A stretch of DNA of 64,000 bases, taken from the IMG/VR virus record IMGVR_UViG_2511231200_000001; one strand, written 5' to 3'. Origin of the DNA: a virus. Its lineage: Duplodnaviria > Caudoviricetes. How positions within the stretch are numbered: position 1 is the stretch's first letter; every line of letters begins with the position of its first letter. The translations under genes and the position numbers were made by a program. Below, piece by piece: positions 27,868-36,495 of this stretch. The notes below the pieces were generated by a model. That model was given only the letters and a program-made list of their open reading frames with translations, was not told the origin of the DNA and did not search any database.

Positions 27868-28769
27868 GGGGCTCCTGGTGCGAGGGTCCGGGCGGCGAGG
27901 CGCATCTGCTCGTCGTCGGTGCAGGCGAGGAACAGGCAGGTGCCGGTATCCGACCAGCCAGCCGGTGGAGGAACACGGTGGCGTCGCGCGAGCCATGTCT
28001 CCAGGCGGTGGAACGCGGTCATCGGGGCGGCGCGCATCATGTCGTACTCGCGAGCGTGCTCAGCCGCAGTGCGATGAGCGGTGTGGGCGAACCCTGGTCG
28101 GCCGACGACTGCGGGGTCTGCACCGTGGGTGCGCAGGAGCGCGGCGTGCTTGCGGGCTTCGGTTGGTCGGCCGACCGGCACGGTGACCAGGCGGCAGCGC
28201 CGATCGTCCCACAGCGTGATGTTGCCGTACCGGGCGCCGGATACCCACGCGGAAGAGTCCACGGAGTAGAACGGCAACGCGGCGATGGTGGCGAACCGGG
28301 TCTGGCCGAAGCCGTGGTAAACCGCGCCGTGGTGGCGTGCGATGCGGAAGGCTCGGATCAGCCACCGCATCACGTCGTCGGGGCGCTTGGAGTGCGGGAC
28401 CATGCCGCCGAGGGCGAGGTAGGCGTGGCGGCTGCACAGGTCCTCCAGCATCGGCCAGGGGGTGCCGACGTGGAAGGCGGGCAGGACGTTCAGTCCGGCA
28501 TTCAGCAGCGTGGCGGTGTTGCGGTGGGTGGCCTCGGGGTCGCCGATCACGTCCAGGGTCGCGGCCGTGGTGATCACGTGGCGCCACTGGTGCAGCCAGG
28601 CCGCGTAGTCGGCCAACTTGATCGTCGAGCCAGTCGTCGCGACGGAGAACGCCCCGGAGTCAGCGAAGATTTCCACCCGGCCGCCGTGAAGGGCTTGGAG
28701 ATCACCGACGAGTTCCCCCATATCGGTGTCGCGCCAGTACGCGTACGACGTCAGGCAGCGCAGCGTCAT
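27852..28769 (-). CDS. DpdA/TGT-like transglycosylase, paralog 2
   Basis: ATG 28769 right after upstream TGA; FADSGAFS, TLDVIGD, PAFH, ALGGMVP, HGFG, VDSSAW. Confidence 0.8.
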   Translation of the reverse strand: MTLRCLTSYAYWRDTDMGELVGDLQALHGGRVEIFADSGAFSVATTGSTIKLADYAAWLHQWRHVITTAATLDVIGDPEATHRNTATLLNAGLNVLPAFHVGTPWPMLEDLCSRHAYLALGGMVPHSKRPDDVMRWLIRAFRIARHHGAVYHGFGQTRFATIAALPFYSVDSSAWVSGARYGNITLWDDRRCRLVTVPVGRPTEARKHAALLRTHGADPAVVGRPGFAHTAHRTAAEHAREYDMMRAAPMTAFHRLETWLARRHRVPPPAGWSDTGTCLFLACTDDEQMRLAARTLAPGAPCSAT

Positions 28770-28770
28770 C

Positions 28771-29676
28771 TCACCGCACCCCCTCCTCCAGCAACATCCG
28801 CAGTGGTGCGATGTCCTGGTCCCGCGCTCCGGAAAGAGCGAGGTACACCTTGGTGCCCTGGTCGGCGGCGCGGGGCAGCGGCGGCGCAGGTACACGGTGG
28901 CGGGTGGTCAGGGACCCCTCCATGAACTGGTAGGCGCGGGCACAACCGGCTGTGAGCAGATCCCGGTCGGCTCCGGTGGATCCGGCGGCGGGCCGCATGA
29001 AGTTGCGGTCCAGCAGCCGGTGTGGCGGCAGGCCGTGTGCGCGGACCAGCGCAGCGTTCGGCAGTACGTCGGCGGGGTTGCGGAAGAACAGGCTGCGCAT
29101 ACGGAGAGTGCGGGCGTCCCACAGGTAGACCAGACCGAAGCGTTGTCCCATCGTGTAGGAGCTGCTGTCGATCGAGTAGAACGGCAGGTGGCGGACGAGA
29201 TTGGCGGAGGTCAGCCCGAAGCCGTGGAGCGCGGTGCCGTAGGGCCGAGCGACTTTGAAGGCGCGGATCAGCCAGGCCATGAGCGCCTTCTGCTTGGCGG
29301 CGCCTGCGGCGTGGAGCGCCAGCCCGCCGAGGGCGATGTACCGGTGCTGGGCGCACAGCCCTTCCAGCACGTCCCAAGGCTCACCTGTGTGAAACACCGG
29401 CAACACGCTGCAGCCAGCCTCGGTGAGGCGATCCAGGTTCGCGGCGGTGGCCCGGTGGTCACCGATCACGTCAAGGGTCGCGGCGACGGTAATCAACGGC
29501 TGCCAGTGTCGTAGCCAGGCAGCGTAGTCGCCCAACTTTATCGTCACGCCGGTCGTCGCAGCGGAGAACGCCCCGGAGTCGGCGAACAGGTCCACGTTCC
29601 CGCCGAGATCGTGCACCAGGGCGGCCAGGTCGGTATCGCGGTGGTAGTGGTAGCTGGCCAGGACCCGCAGCGTCAC
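28771..29676 (-). CDS. DpdA/TGT-like transglycosylase, paralog 1
   Basis: GTGA overlap with ParB gene; FADSGAFS, TLDVIGD, PVFH, ALGGLAL, HGFG, IDSSSY. Confidence 0.8.
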   Translation of the reverse strand: MTLRVLASYHYHRDTDLAALVHDLGGNVDLFADSGAFSAATTGVTIKLGDYAAWLRHWQPLITVAATLDVIGDHRATAANLDRLTEAGCSVLPVFHTGEPWDVLEGLCAQHRYIALGGLALHAAGAAKQKALMAWLIRAFKVARPYGTALHGFGLTSANLVRHLPFYSIDSSSYTMGQRFGLVYLWDARTLRMRSLFFRNPADVLPNAALVRAHGLPPHRLLDRNFMRPAAGSTGADRDLLTAGCARAYQFMEGSLTTRHRVPAPPLPRAADQGTKVYLALSGARDQDIAPLRMLLEEGVR

Positions 29677-30266
29677 GCCATCGACCGCAGCTTGTTCATG
29701 AGGTGGATGAACCGTGCCGCGTCGTCGTCCGGTGTCTCGCACCCGGACGACAGGTCGTAGAAATCGTCGCGTACGTTGGGCGGGACCTTGAACCGCAGTA
29801 CGGGCCACAGGTCGTCGTCCTCAGGCTCGCCGAACTCGGCGGCGAGTGCGTCCAGGTCCGGCGGTGGTGTGATCAGCATCTCGACGTCGGTCTCGGTGTA
29901 GCCGGTGCCGGTGTAGTCCCCGTCGAGGTAACTCAGCAGCTCCGCCAAGGCGTCGTTGTCGTATGTGCCCAGCTCCGCCAAGCGGTTGTCCGCCAGGTTG
30001 ATGCGCCGGGCCTCGGCGTCATCGCACCTGACAATCTCGCACCGCGCGGTCTGCGCGCCTTCGGCGGCGAGAGCCTGCAAGGTGTGGTTTCCCGCGAGGA
30101 CGATCAGCGGTCCGCTTGGTATCTCCCGGACGATCAGCGACCGGTACTGTCCGTTCCGGCGCAGGCTCTGGCGGATCGCCTCGACGTCCCCCCTCTTGGC
30201 GTTGCCGGGGAACAGCATGAGTTCGTCCAGGGGAACGTCGCGGGTGGTGACGTACTCGGCAGGCAT
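29673..30266 (-). CDS. ParB/Srx N-terminal domain protein heading the modification operon
   Basis: FPGNAKRGD, SLRRNGQY, LAGNHT, LADNRLAELG. Confidence 0.85.
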   Translation of the reverse strand: MPAEYVTTRDVPLDELMLFPGNAKRGDVEAIRQSLRRNGQYRSLIVREIPSGPLIVLAGNHTLQALAAEGAQTARCEIVRCDDAEARRINLADNRLAELGTYDNDALAELLSYLDGDYTGTGYTETDVEMLITPPPDLDALAAEFGEPEDDDLWPVLRFKVPPNVRDDFYDLSSGCETPDDDAARFIHLMNKLRSMA

Positions 30267-30404
30267 GAAGGGCTCCCGGGGGACGGGGACGGTGCACTAC
30301 GTGAGGGTGGCGCCCAGGCGGGTGGACCTCGGCGAGGGCCGCGCCACGGCCTTCTCCTGGGGGCCGGCCCGGCCGTGGAGTCGGCGGCTGGGCCGACGTG
30401 CGGG

Positions 30405-30800
30405 TCAGTCCGTCGGACGGACCGGGCCTGCGGACGCGGGCTTCTGTCCCAGGGCCAGGGGCGTGTCGAAGAGTCCGCGCACGGCCTTGATGGCGTCGGC
30501 GAGAGCCTGCTTGGCGTCGGTGCCCGGGCCAGCGAAGACCGGTTCCACCGCGTTGAGGACGGTAGCCAGCAGGCGCCCCACTTCGCTGACGGCTTCCGTC
30601 TTCAGACGATCGAACTCGGGTCGCACCGCTTCCGTCAGAGACTCCACAAGGGTCTCCAGAGCAGTCTCGCTGCCAGCGCTGACGTGATCGATGTCCGCCC
30701 GGAGCCGGGCGGCAACGGCGCGGAGCCGGCCGGCCAAGGCGTGGCCCTCGTCCTCCAGGTGCGCGATGACGGTGTGCAGCTCGTCCAGGATGTGGCTCAT
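30405..30800 (-). CDS. Hypothetical helical protein
   Basis: ATG 30800 in ATGA overlap; MSHILDELHTVIAHLEDEGH. Confidence 0.6.
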   Translation of the reverse strand: MSHILDELHTVIAHLEDEGHALAGRLRAVAARLRADIDHVSAGSETALETLVESLTEAVRPEFDRLKTEAVSEVGRLLATVLNAVEPVFAGPGTDAKQALADAIKAVRGLFDTPLALGQKPASAGPVRPTD

Positions 30801-31279
30801 GCGGTGTCCTTCTGGGCTCGGGCGGCGCGCAGCGCCTGGGTGAGGGTTTCGGGGAAGTCGTCGCTGGACGCGTTGACTACCTGGATCACCACGGATCCCC
30901 GGGACGCTCGTTCCTGATCGGGCGCCGGATGCGCGAGGACCGCGGTGAACTCCATGCGCACGGTGACCGGGCCAAGGGAACCATCGGTGTGACCGCCGCG
31001 CGGGGAGGTGTACTCCAGGGTCCAGTTGTCGGGGCGCAGGACCTGGCCGTCGATCTCGATCCCGTCGGCGACGGGATGGACCCGCGGGAATGTCGGTGGG
31101 GGATGCAGGGACAAAGGCAGCTCCGAGGGGTGGGGGCTGCCCGCCGCCGCGCACCCCTCAACACGCGGCGGCAGGCAGCATGAGGCCCCGCCGCAAATCA
31201 GTGCGCGCGGGGCCGGCCTTGGGTTGGTCAGCTCCGGGATGGCCTGCCGCTTCGAGGAGTTGGCAGCCGTGGAGGGCAC
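30797..31279 (-). CDS. Hypothetical protein (start uncertain, probably shorter)
   Basis: C-terminal half (GIEIDGQVLRPDNWTLEY) looks coding; stop coupled to next gene. Confidence 0.4.
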   Translation of the reverse strand: MPSTAANSSKRQAIPELTNPRPAPRALICGGASCCLPPRVEGCAAAGSPHPSELPLSLHPPPTFPRVHPVADGIEIDGQVLRPDNWTLEYTSPRGGHTDGSLGPVTVRMEFTAVLAHPAPDQERASRGSVVIQVVNASSDDFPETLTQALRAARAQKDTA

Positions 31280-31440
31280 GTGATCCGGCCAGCGGCTACA
31301 TCGCGGAGTTCCATCCAGTCGTATCGGCCGTCATGGCTCGTGAGTCGGCCTTCGTGCGCCCAGCGCTTCACCGTGCCGATAGGGCGGCCGAGGAGGTGAG
31401 CGGTGTCCGCCGGGCTGAGGAGTACGGGGCGGGTAGTCAT
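31228..31440 (-). CDS. Small MerR/excisionase-like HTH protein
   Basis: LLSPADTAHLLGRPIGTVKRWAHEGRL; GGAGGG RBS. Confidence 0.7.
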   Translation of the reverse strand: MTTRPVLLSPADTAHLLGRPIGTVKRWAHEGRLTSHDGRYDWMELRDVAAGRITCPPRLPTPRSGRPSRS

Positions 31441-31464
31441 GGCACGCGCCCTCCGGAGACGCGG

Positions 31465-31491
31465 AAGGCCGTCCCATCAGGGGACGGCCTT
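31465..31491 (-). terminator. GC-rich hairpin, likely terminator
   Basis: AAGGCCGTCCC-5 nt-GGGACGGCCTT perfect stem after the lipoprotein gene. Confidence 0.6.
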
Positions 31492-31565
31492 GGTGCACGA
31501 GTTCCAGCAGACCAGATGATCGGTTCGCTTCCCTGCGGAAGTCAAGTCGGGCGTGCGGTCCGGGG

Positions 31566-31805
31566 TCAGCGGCGCTTGGTGATGCTGACGGTTGATCGGC
31601 GAATCACGGTGGTTGTGTGCCGGGTCGCGGGAGCCCGGCGGGGTACCGGACTGACGACGTGCACATGGGTGTCGTGGTGGACGACGACCACAGTCGAGTG
31701 GTGGGGACCGGTGGCTGTGCTGTCGCATGCGACGGCAGCACCCATGACCGCGGCTAGCCCGACGGTCCCTACGGTTACGGCGAGTAGAGGCTTCACTGTT
31801 CTCAT
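31566..31805 (-). CDS. Small lipoprotein
   Basis: Basic N-terminus, hydrophobic core, lipobox AVAC; basic C-terminal tail. Confidence 0.65.
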   Translation of the reverse strand: MRTVKPLLAVTVGTVGLAAVMGAAVACDSTATGPHHSTVVVVHHDTHVHVVSPVPRRAPATRHTTTVIRRSTVSITKRR

Positions 31806-32282
31806 TCTCTGGACGGGTCTGACACTGCTCGCCAGACGCGTTTGCGGATTCCGGGGCGGTAGACGGTGATGGGATCGGGGATGCAGCGCCAGGGCGGGGT
31901 ACGGCCCTCCCGTGCACGAGTTGCGTTCATCACCGCGTCCGTGGGGACGATGGAGCCGGAGTCGTAGACTTCACTGGCGAAGCACCGCAGCATGTCGCGG
32001 CGTACCCCCGGCTGGACCGGTCAGCCACGGTCGTACTCGGTGCGCCATGCCCTCCACGGCTCGGTGGGGATGTCAAGGCGCCATTGCATCCGCAGCATGA
32101 TGCGGTCTTCCACGATGGAGGCTGGTAGACCCAGCCACCGGTCTCCTCGTGCCGGCGATGTCGGTCACGAGCGCCGACAGGTAGTAGCTCAGCTCGACGG
32201 GGCCTCGCTCGACAGCGCAGCCGATGGAGTCCACCCACGAGTCCATGCCGACCGACCAGTGGGTGAACAACGAGGCGATCAC
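31802..32282 (-). pseudogene. Possible degraded gene (frameshift plus in-frame TGA)
   Basis: GTGA and ATGA overlaps at both ends, 481 nt span; protein-like text in two frames; in-frame TGA near 32021. Confidence 0.3.
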
Positions 32283-32920
32283 TGGCCGGGCTCCGGGGCC
32301 CCGCTGATCGTGATCCCGTAGCGGGCCGCGCGGTCCCGGCAGACGCGGCAGGTCACGGCCGCGTCCGGAGTAAGTGCCAGGTCCGAGAACCGGTCTCGCG
32401 GCTTGCACAAGGCCTCTCCGGTGTCACGGCGGAACCGGTCGACCGTGACGGGCTGGTTGAGCACGAGGTGGTACCCGCCACTGAATACGTCACCTTGGCG
32501 GGGCTTGGAGGCATGACGGACATGCGCGGTGAGGGGAGCGGCCGGTGCCGCCGGTGTTGCGAGGAGGATCGGCCCGGTGGAGGCCGTCTTGCGCACCACG
32601 ATCCAGTCGGCGGCCTCCAGTGTGGCGGCGTACTTGGCCACCATGTCGCGGCGTTCGGCGGCTCGTTCGGCGCTGGTGGGCCGGTCGGGGTCGCACAGGT
32701 CGATGCCCGGTTGCTGATGGTGCACACGGGCCTGTCTGGGGAGTGGGCCGAGGCCGACGCTGTACCCCGCGGTGGTACAGCGGCCGTACTGGTTGAGACC
32801 AGCAGGGCTGTGTTGGCGGGACAAGACGCTGGCAGCTTGGCTGACGATCGGGTCAGTGATGAGGGGCTTCACAGTACCTACCGGGGTGAGCCCGGCCGTC
32901 GTGATGACGGCCGGGGACAA
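32279..32920 (-). CDS. Hypothetical protein with C-terminal C...CxxC
   Basis: 213 aa co-oriented ORF; start uncertain. Confidence 0.55.
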   Translation of the reverse strand: MSPAVITTAGLTPVGTVKPLITDPIVSQAASVLSRQHSPAGLNQYGRCTTAGYSVGLGPLPRQARVHHQQPGIDLCDPDRPTSAERAAERRDMVAKYAATLEAADWIVVRKTASTGPILLATPAAPAAPLTAHVRHASKPRQGDVFSGGYHLVLNQPVTVDRFRRDTGEALCKPRDRFSDLALTPDAAVTCRVCRDRAARYGITISGAPEPGQ

Positions 32921-32970
32921 CTGAGGAAGGCGGGGCGGCTGGGTCGTGCGCAGTCCCCGTCCTGGTTGGG

Positions 32971-34584
32971 TCAGCGAGGGCCGCGCACCGGGCGCCCATG
33001 GCGGTCGACGGCTGGCCCGCGCCAGGCGAGCCGGACCTCTTCGTCGTTGTCGAGGAACAACGCCGTGTCCTCGTCTACCGTGTAGATCGCACGGCCGTGT
33101 GTGGCGGGAGTGTTGAGCCAGACCGTGCGCAGAGTGCCACGCAGGTGTGCCCGGTCGCCGGAGCGCAGATCACGAGCCGGGACAGGTTCGGGGTGGGCGT
33201 AGGCCGCCAGCCGCGGGGTGAGACGCGGCAGCACGGTACGGGTGCGGCGGGTGCGGATCACGCGGTATGCCCACTCAGGTGAGAGGGCTTCCCGCTCTTG
33301 GGCCTCCCGCTGGGCGTGGGTTTCACCGTCCAGCGGCGGGTGGCCGACGCGCTCCCACGTCTGTCCGTTGTCGGCGCTGACCTCGAGGACGTACGTGTCC
33401 TTGCGGTAGATCTCCTCTTCGGTTGGTTCTGCTGGTGTGCGCTCGGGAGCAGGGGGTGGCGGGGAAGTGACGAGTGCCACACGGCTGGCAGGCCAGGTGA
33501 CGCCGTTGACGACAGCTCGCGGGTAAGGGCCGACCATGCGGAGGTGTACCGTGCCGAGGTCTCCGCGCGGGGTGCGGACGGTGGCGCCGCTGTCGATGAC
33601 GGCCGGTGTATCGGTCGTGGTGGTTCGCCGGGCGGTGAGGTACGTCGAGCCGGTGTTGGCCACGGACCACCCCCATCGCTCCAAGTGCGCCCCGACGATG
33701 TCGAGTTGGGAATCCCAAGACTTTCGCTCGGGTGTGAGGTGCTGGCCGCCTTCGAGCCAGTAGACACGCACTGCGCCGTCTTCCTCGGGGATGACCACGA
33801 CCCCCCGGGTGTCGGGAGCGTCGTACTCGTCGTAGTAGTCGCCGGTCAGTTCAGCGTGAGCGAGACCGACGAGGGCGGTGAGTGCCGCGCGGACATCGGG
33901 GTGGTCTGCGTGCTTGGGCAGGCTCCCGACAGCAAAGCCAGCATGAGTGACGATGACGCCTTCCATCGGCTGGCCCCCGCTCGTGGGGGCTGCCTCAGTT
34001 GGCACGCTCGGAGTGCCCGCCTGCGTCTGGGCGTACGGGGAGTCATCGTCGTGGTAGTCGCAGCGTCCGGCTGCCAGTTGGATGACGCTGGTGTTCTGGA
34101 GCCTCGCCGTCACGTCATCCTTGATCTGCTGGATGCCAGCTCGTTTGGTTCCGAACTCGGCGTCGGCGGCCCGCTCGCCGGGCCAGGTCAGCATCCAGCG
34201 CGGACCCGAGGGAAAGCCAGCGCGTACCGCGTCGGGGTCGGCTGGACAGTTGTCGAGACTGTAGGTGCCGTAAGGGGTGTGGACCCGGTAGCAGCCGGAG
34301 GCCACGGGCCGGATGTCCAGCAGGTCGGTGACATCTGAGGCTTCCCCTGCGGCAGCGGACTGCAACGCGGCGTGGACTTGCTCGCCTTTGCTGGTCAAGA
34401 CCCACCCGTCCCCGAGGCGCAGCATGCCGCGCTCGAACAGAGCGCGCAGGGTGCCGCTGTCACCGCGGACTTCTCGGCCTTCCCCTCCGGTGGAGATCGC
34501 GCGGCCCATGCGCTCGCTGATGCAGTACCGCGTCATGAGGTTCTTGCGAATGAGCGTGCTGATCGGACCTGCGTCGACTTCCAT
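32971..34584 (-). CDS. Large mosaic hypothetical protein
   Basis: GAAGGGAG RBS, ATG 34584, directly downstream of an operator-containing AT-rich region. Confidence 0.65.
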   Translation of the reverse strand: MEVDAGPISTLIRKNLMTRYCISERMGRAISTGGEGREVRGDSGTLRALFERGMLRLGDGWVLTSKGEQVHAALQSAAAGEASDVTDLLDIRPVASGCYRVHTPYGTYSLDNCPADPDAVRAGFPSGPRWMLTWPGERAADAEFGTKRAGIQQIKDDVTARLQNTSVIQLAAGRCDYHDDDSPYAQTQAGTPSVPTEAAPTSGGQPMEGVIVTHAGFAVGSLPKHADHPDVRAALTALVGLAHAELTGDYYDEYDAPDTRGVVVIPEEDGAVRVYWLEGGQHLTPERKSWDSQLDIVGAHLERWGWSVANTGSTYLTARRTTTTDTPAVIDSGATVRTPRGDLGTVHLRMVGPYPRAVVNGVTWPASRVALVTSPPPPAPERTPAEPTEEEIYRKDTYVLEVSADNGQTWERVGHPPLDGETHAQREAQEREALSPEWAYRVIRTRRTRTVLPRLTPRLAAYAHPEPVPARDLRSGDRAHLRGTLRTVWLNTPATHGRAIYTVDEDTALFLDNDEEVRLAWRGPAVDRHGRPVRGPR

Positions 34585-34644
34585 GATGGCTCCCTTCGGT
34601 GGCGGTGAACGATCCCATCGTATTGCCTGCCGACTCTAATTACA

Positions 34645-34658
34645 AGCCGGTACCGGCT
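34645..34658. promoter_or_regulatory. 14-bp palindromic operator (AGCCGGTACCGGCT)
   Basis: Perfect palindrome in AT-rich intergenic DNA; degenerate partner 23 bp upstream at 34622. Confidence 0.7.
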
Positions 34659-34868
34659 ACATGTGAAATCTGATTCAAAGTCAAACGAATCTCCGCTCGA
34701 TCATGAAATGGGAGGTACCGTCGCCCATGAAGTCTCGGCACTCGTGCCGGATTTCCCCTCCGGCGGTGGTCGCTACAACCACCGCCCGCCCCCGCCTCAC
34801 GAGCGAGGAACCCGTGAGGCGGGGCGCCTACGCCCCGGGCTGGTCGCGCGACCCCGGGACTGCGGCGG

Positions 34869-35282
34869 TCAGCTGCGGGCGTCGAGGGTCACCCAAGCCC
34901 GTTGGGTGCCGACGCTCAGCCGGTAGCGCACCCGGTCACCGGTGACGGGAACCCGCTCAACGCACACGGTGAAGGCAGCCGTCCAGGTGCGCACCTCAGG
35001 CGAGATACAGTCCCCGCTGTAGTGAGCGGATTCCCAGTGCCGGGCGTAGTCGACGATGGTGCCGCAGGCCAGGTTCCCATCAACGAGGAACACGAACTGG
35101 GTCAGCTCGTCAGGGGTGTTGTCCGGCTGCCAGTCCCCGGCCGGCAAACGCCATACGGCGGTCATGTGCGATGCGTCTGCTGCGAGTTCGACGGCCACTT
35201 CGCGGCTGGTGACGGGAAGGAAGTGAGTGACAGTGGCCAGCACTGCCCATTCCCGCGGGTCTTGTTCAGGTGTTTCAGTCAT
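34869..35282 (-). CDS. Hypothetical protein
   Basis: GAAAGG RBS, 137 aa. Confidence 0.55.
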   Translation of the reverse strand: MTETPEQDPREWAVLATVTHFLPVTSREVAVELAADASHMTAVWRLPAGDWQPDNTPDELTQFVFLVDGNLACGTIVDYARHWESAHYSGDCISPEVRTWTAAFTVCVERVPVTGDRVRYRLSVGTQRAWVTLDARS

Positions 35283-35393
35283 GGAGCGCCTTTCCGGGCC
35301 GACGTCCCCCTGCCCCCGAGATACGCCGGAACGACGGAGCCGGGGGCAGGCGGCGACAGGGGTCGCCTTGTGCGATCACCACCCTTCCAGGAT

Positions 35394-35407
35394 ATTCGGT
35401 GCCGACT
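35394..35407. promoter_or_regulatory. Operator copy (ATTCGGTGCCGACT)
   Basis: Matches the AGTCGGTACCGACT family. Confidence 0.55.
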
Positions 35408-35421
35408 TAGATAGCACGTTG

Positions 35422-36291
35422 CTAACGCTCTCGATGGTGCTTGGCCCTCTTCAGGGCCCGCAAGGCAGCCCGGGTACGGGCCAGCTCCTCAACGGGCGGC
35501 GGCGCTCCCTTCCCGGCGGGTTCTACAGCACGCACCCGCCCGGCGGACCGGCGGCCGGCCGGAGCGTCCGGCAACTCCCCCGGGGCGAGCCTGTACTGGT
35601 ACACCGCCAGCAACGACTCGGCCCCGGCGGTTTCCCTCGTAAGCTGCGCCCGCAACTCCGCGTCGGTCCAGCCCGCAGCGAACGCATCTGTTACACGGCC
35701 CACCAGGTGCAGACGAGCCGTGCGGCCGGGCCTGCGTCCCCGAAACGGCAGCGAGTCCACGAAGTCCGCAGCCCGCTTGTCCTCACAGCCGGGCGCCGTC
35801 TCATCCTCACTCGCGCCCTGCTCGCGGCCAACACCCGCGCAGTCGACGGACTCAGCCGTCCGGGAGGGGGAAGGGGGTGTCCTTCTTCTGGTCTTCTTGG
35901 ATTTGATCTTCTTATGGTGACGGTCGTCCGCTGGCGGGTCAGCCGCCGGTGGATTTTCCACCGGCGGTTGTGAACTGGGCATATCCGTGATGCTGTAGGT
36001 CATCGGCCCGTGCGTGCCATCCGGCCGACGCTCCTGGTCGCGCACCAGGTAGCCGTACCTCTCCAGCTCGCGCAAGCCGGTCTTCACTGCGGTGACACCG
36101 TCGGTTGAAGATGCGGCTATCCACTCCGGCGTGACGCCGTACCCGGTCCGGTGTGTGCTGATCAGACCGAAGATCCCCTTCGCTTTGAAGCTGATGCGGG
36201 GGTCACGGAACAGGCGGTTGCTGATCTGAGTGAAGTGTCGCTGGATCACGTCAGCGGCCATGTCGCCGCGGCGTACCCGGGCGTAGGTCAC
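35422..36291 (-). CDS. Replication initiator / replisome-organizer-like wHTH protein
   Basis: FTQISNRLFRDPRISFKAKG...AVKTGLRELERYGYLVR N-terminus; linker; helical C-domain. Confidence 0.7.
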   Translation of the reverse strand: MTYARVRRGDMAADVIQRHFTQISNRLFRDPRISFKAKGIFGLISTHRTGYGVTPEWIAASSTDGVTAVKTGLRELERYGYLVRDQERRPDGTHGPMTYSITDMPSSQPPVENPPAADPPADDRHHKKIKSKKTRRRTPPSPSRTAESVDCAGVGREQGASEDETAPGCEDKRAADFVDSLPFRGRRPGRTARLHLVGRVTDAFAAGWTDAELRAQLTRETAGAESLLAVYQYRLAPGELPDAPAGRRSAGRVRAVEPAGKGAPPPVEELARTRAALRALKRAKHHRER

Positions 36292-36495
36292 CGCAGCACC
36301 CCCGCCGCAGCCGGGACCGGGCGCAGAGCATGGTCGTGGAGCAGTGTTTCGCAGGGGAGCCCTGCAACCAGTACAGTCATGGACGTCTCTCGTTGCACAC
36401 GGTGGGACACACGCTCAGCGGGGTGCCACCCGCTGGGCACTTCGTCCGAAACGGCCGTCGGGGTGCCACCCGGCGGCCGGTTCGCGTTAGGTCGC

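Noticed and set aside
24352-29676. Host-type tRNA queuosine operon, or an archaeosine (dG+) or preQ1 pathway
   Set aside because: No queF, queA, queG, ArcS or glutamine-amidotransferase-QueC is visible; the TGT-like proteins lack the C-terminal CxCxxC zinc site of tRNA TGTs; location next to terminase favours DNA modification
26962-29808. ORF-track starts for the three TGT-like genes (27996, 28895, 29808) and for folE, queE, queD
   Set aside because: These extensions overlap upstream genes; RBS and stop-start overlaps support the shorter starts given
31228-31440. Excisionase marking an integration module
   Set aside because: No integrase or att-like repeat nearby; it may be a late regulator
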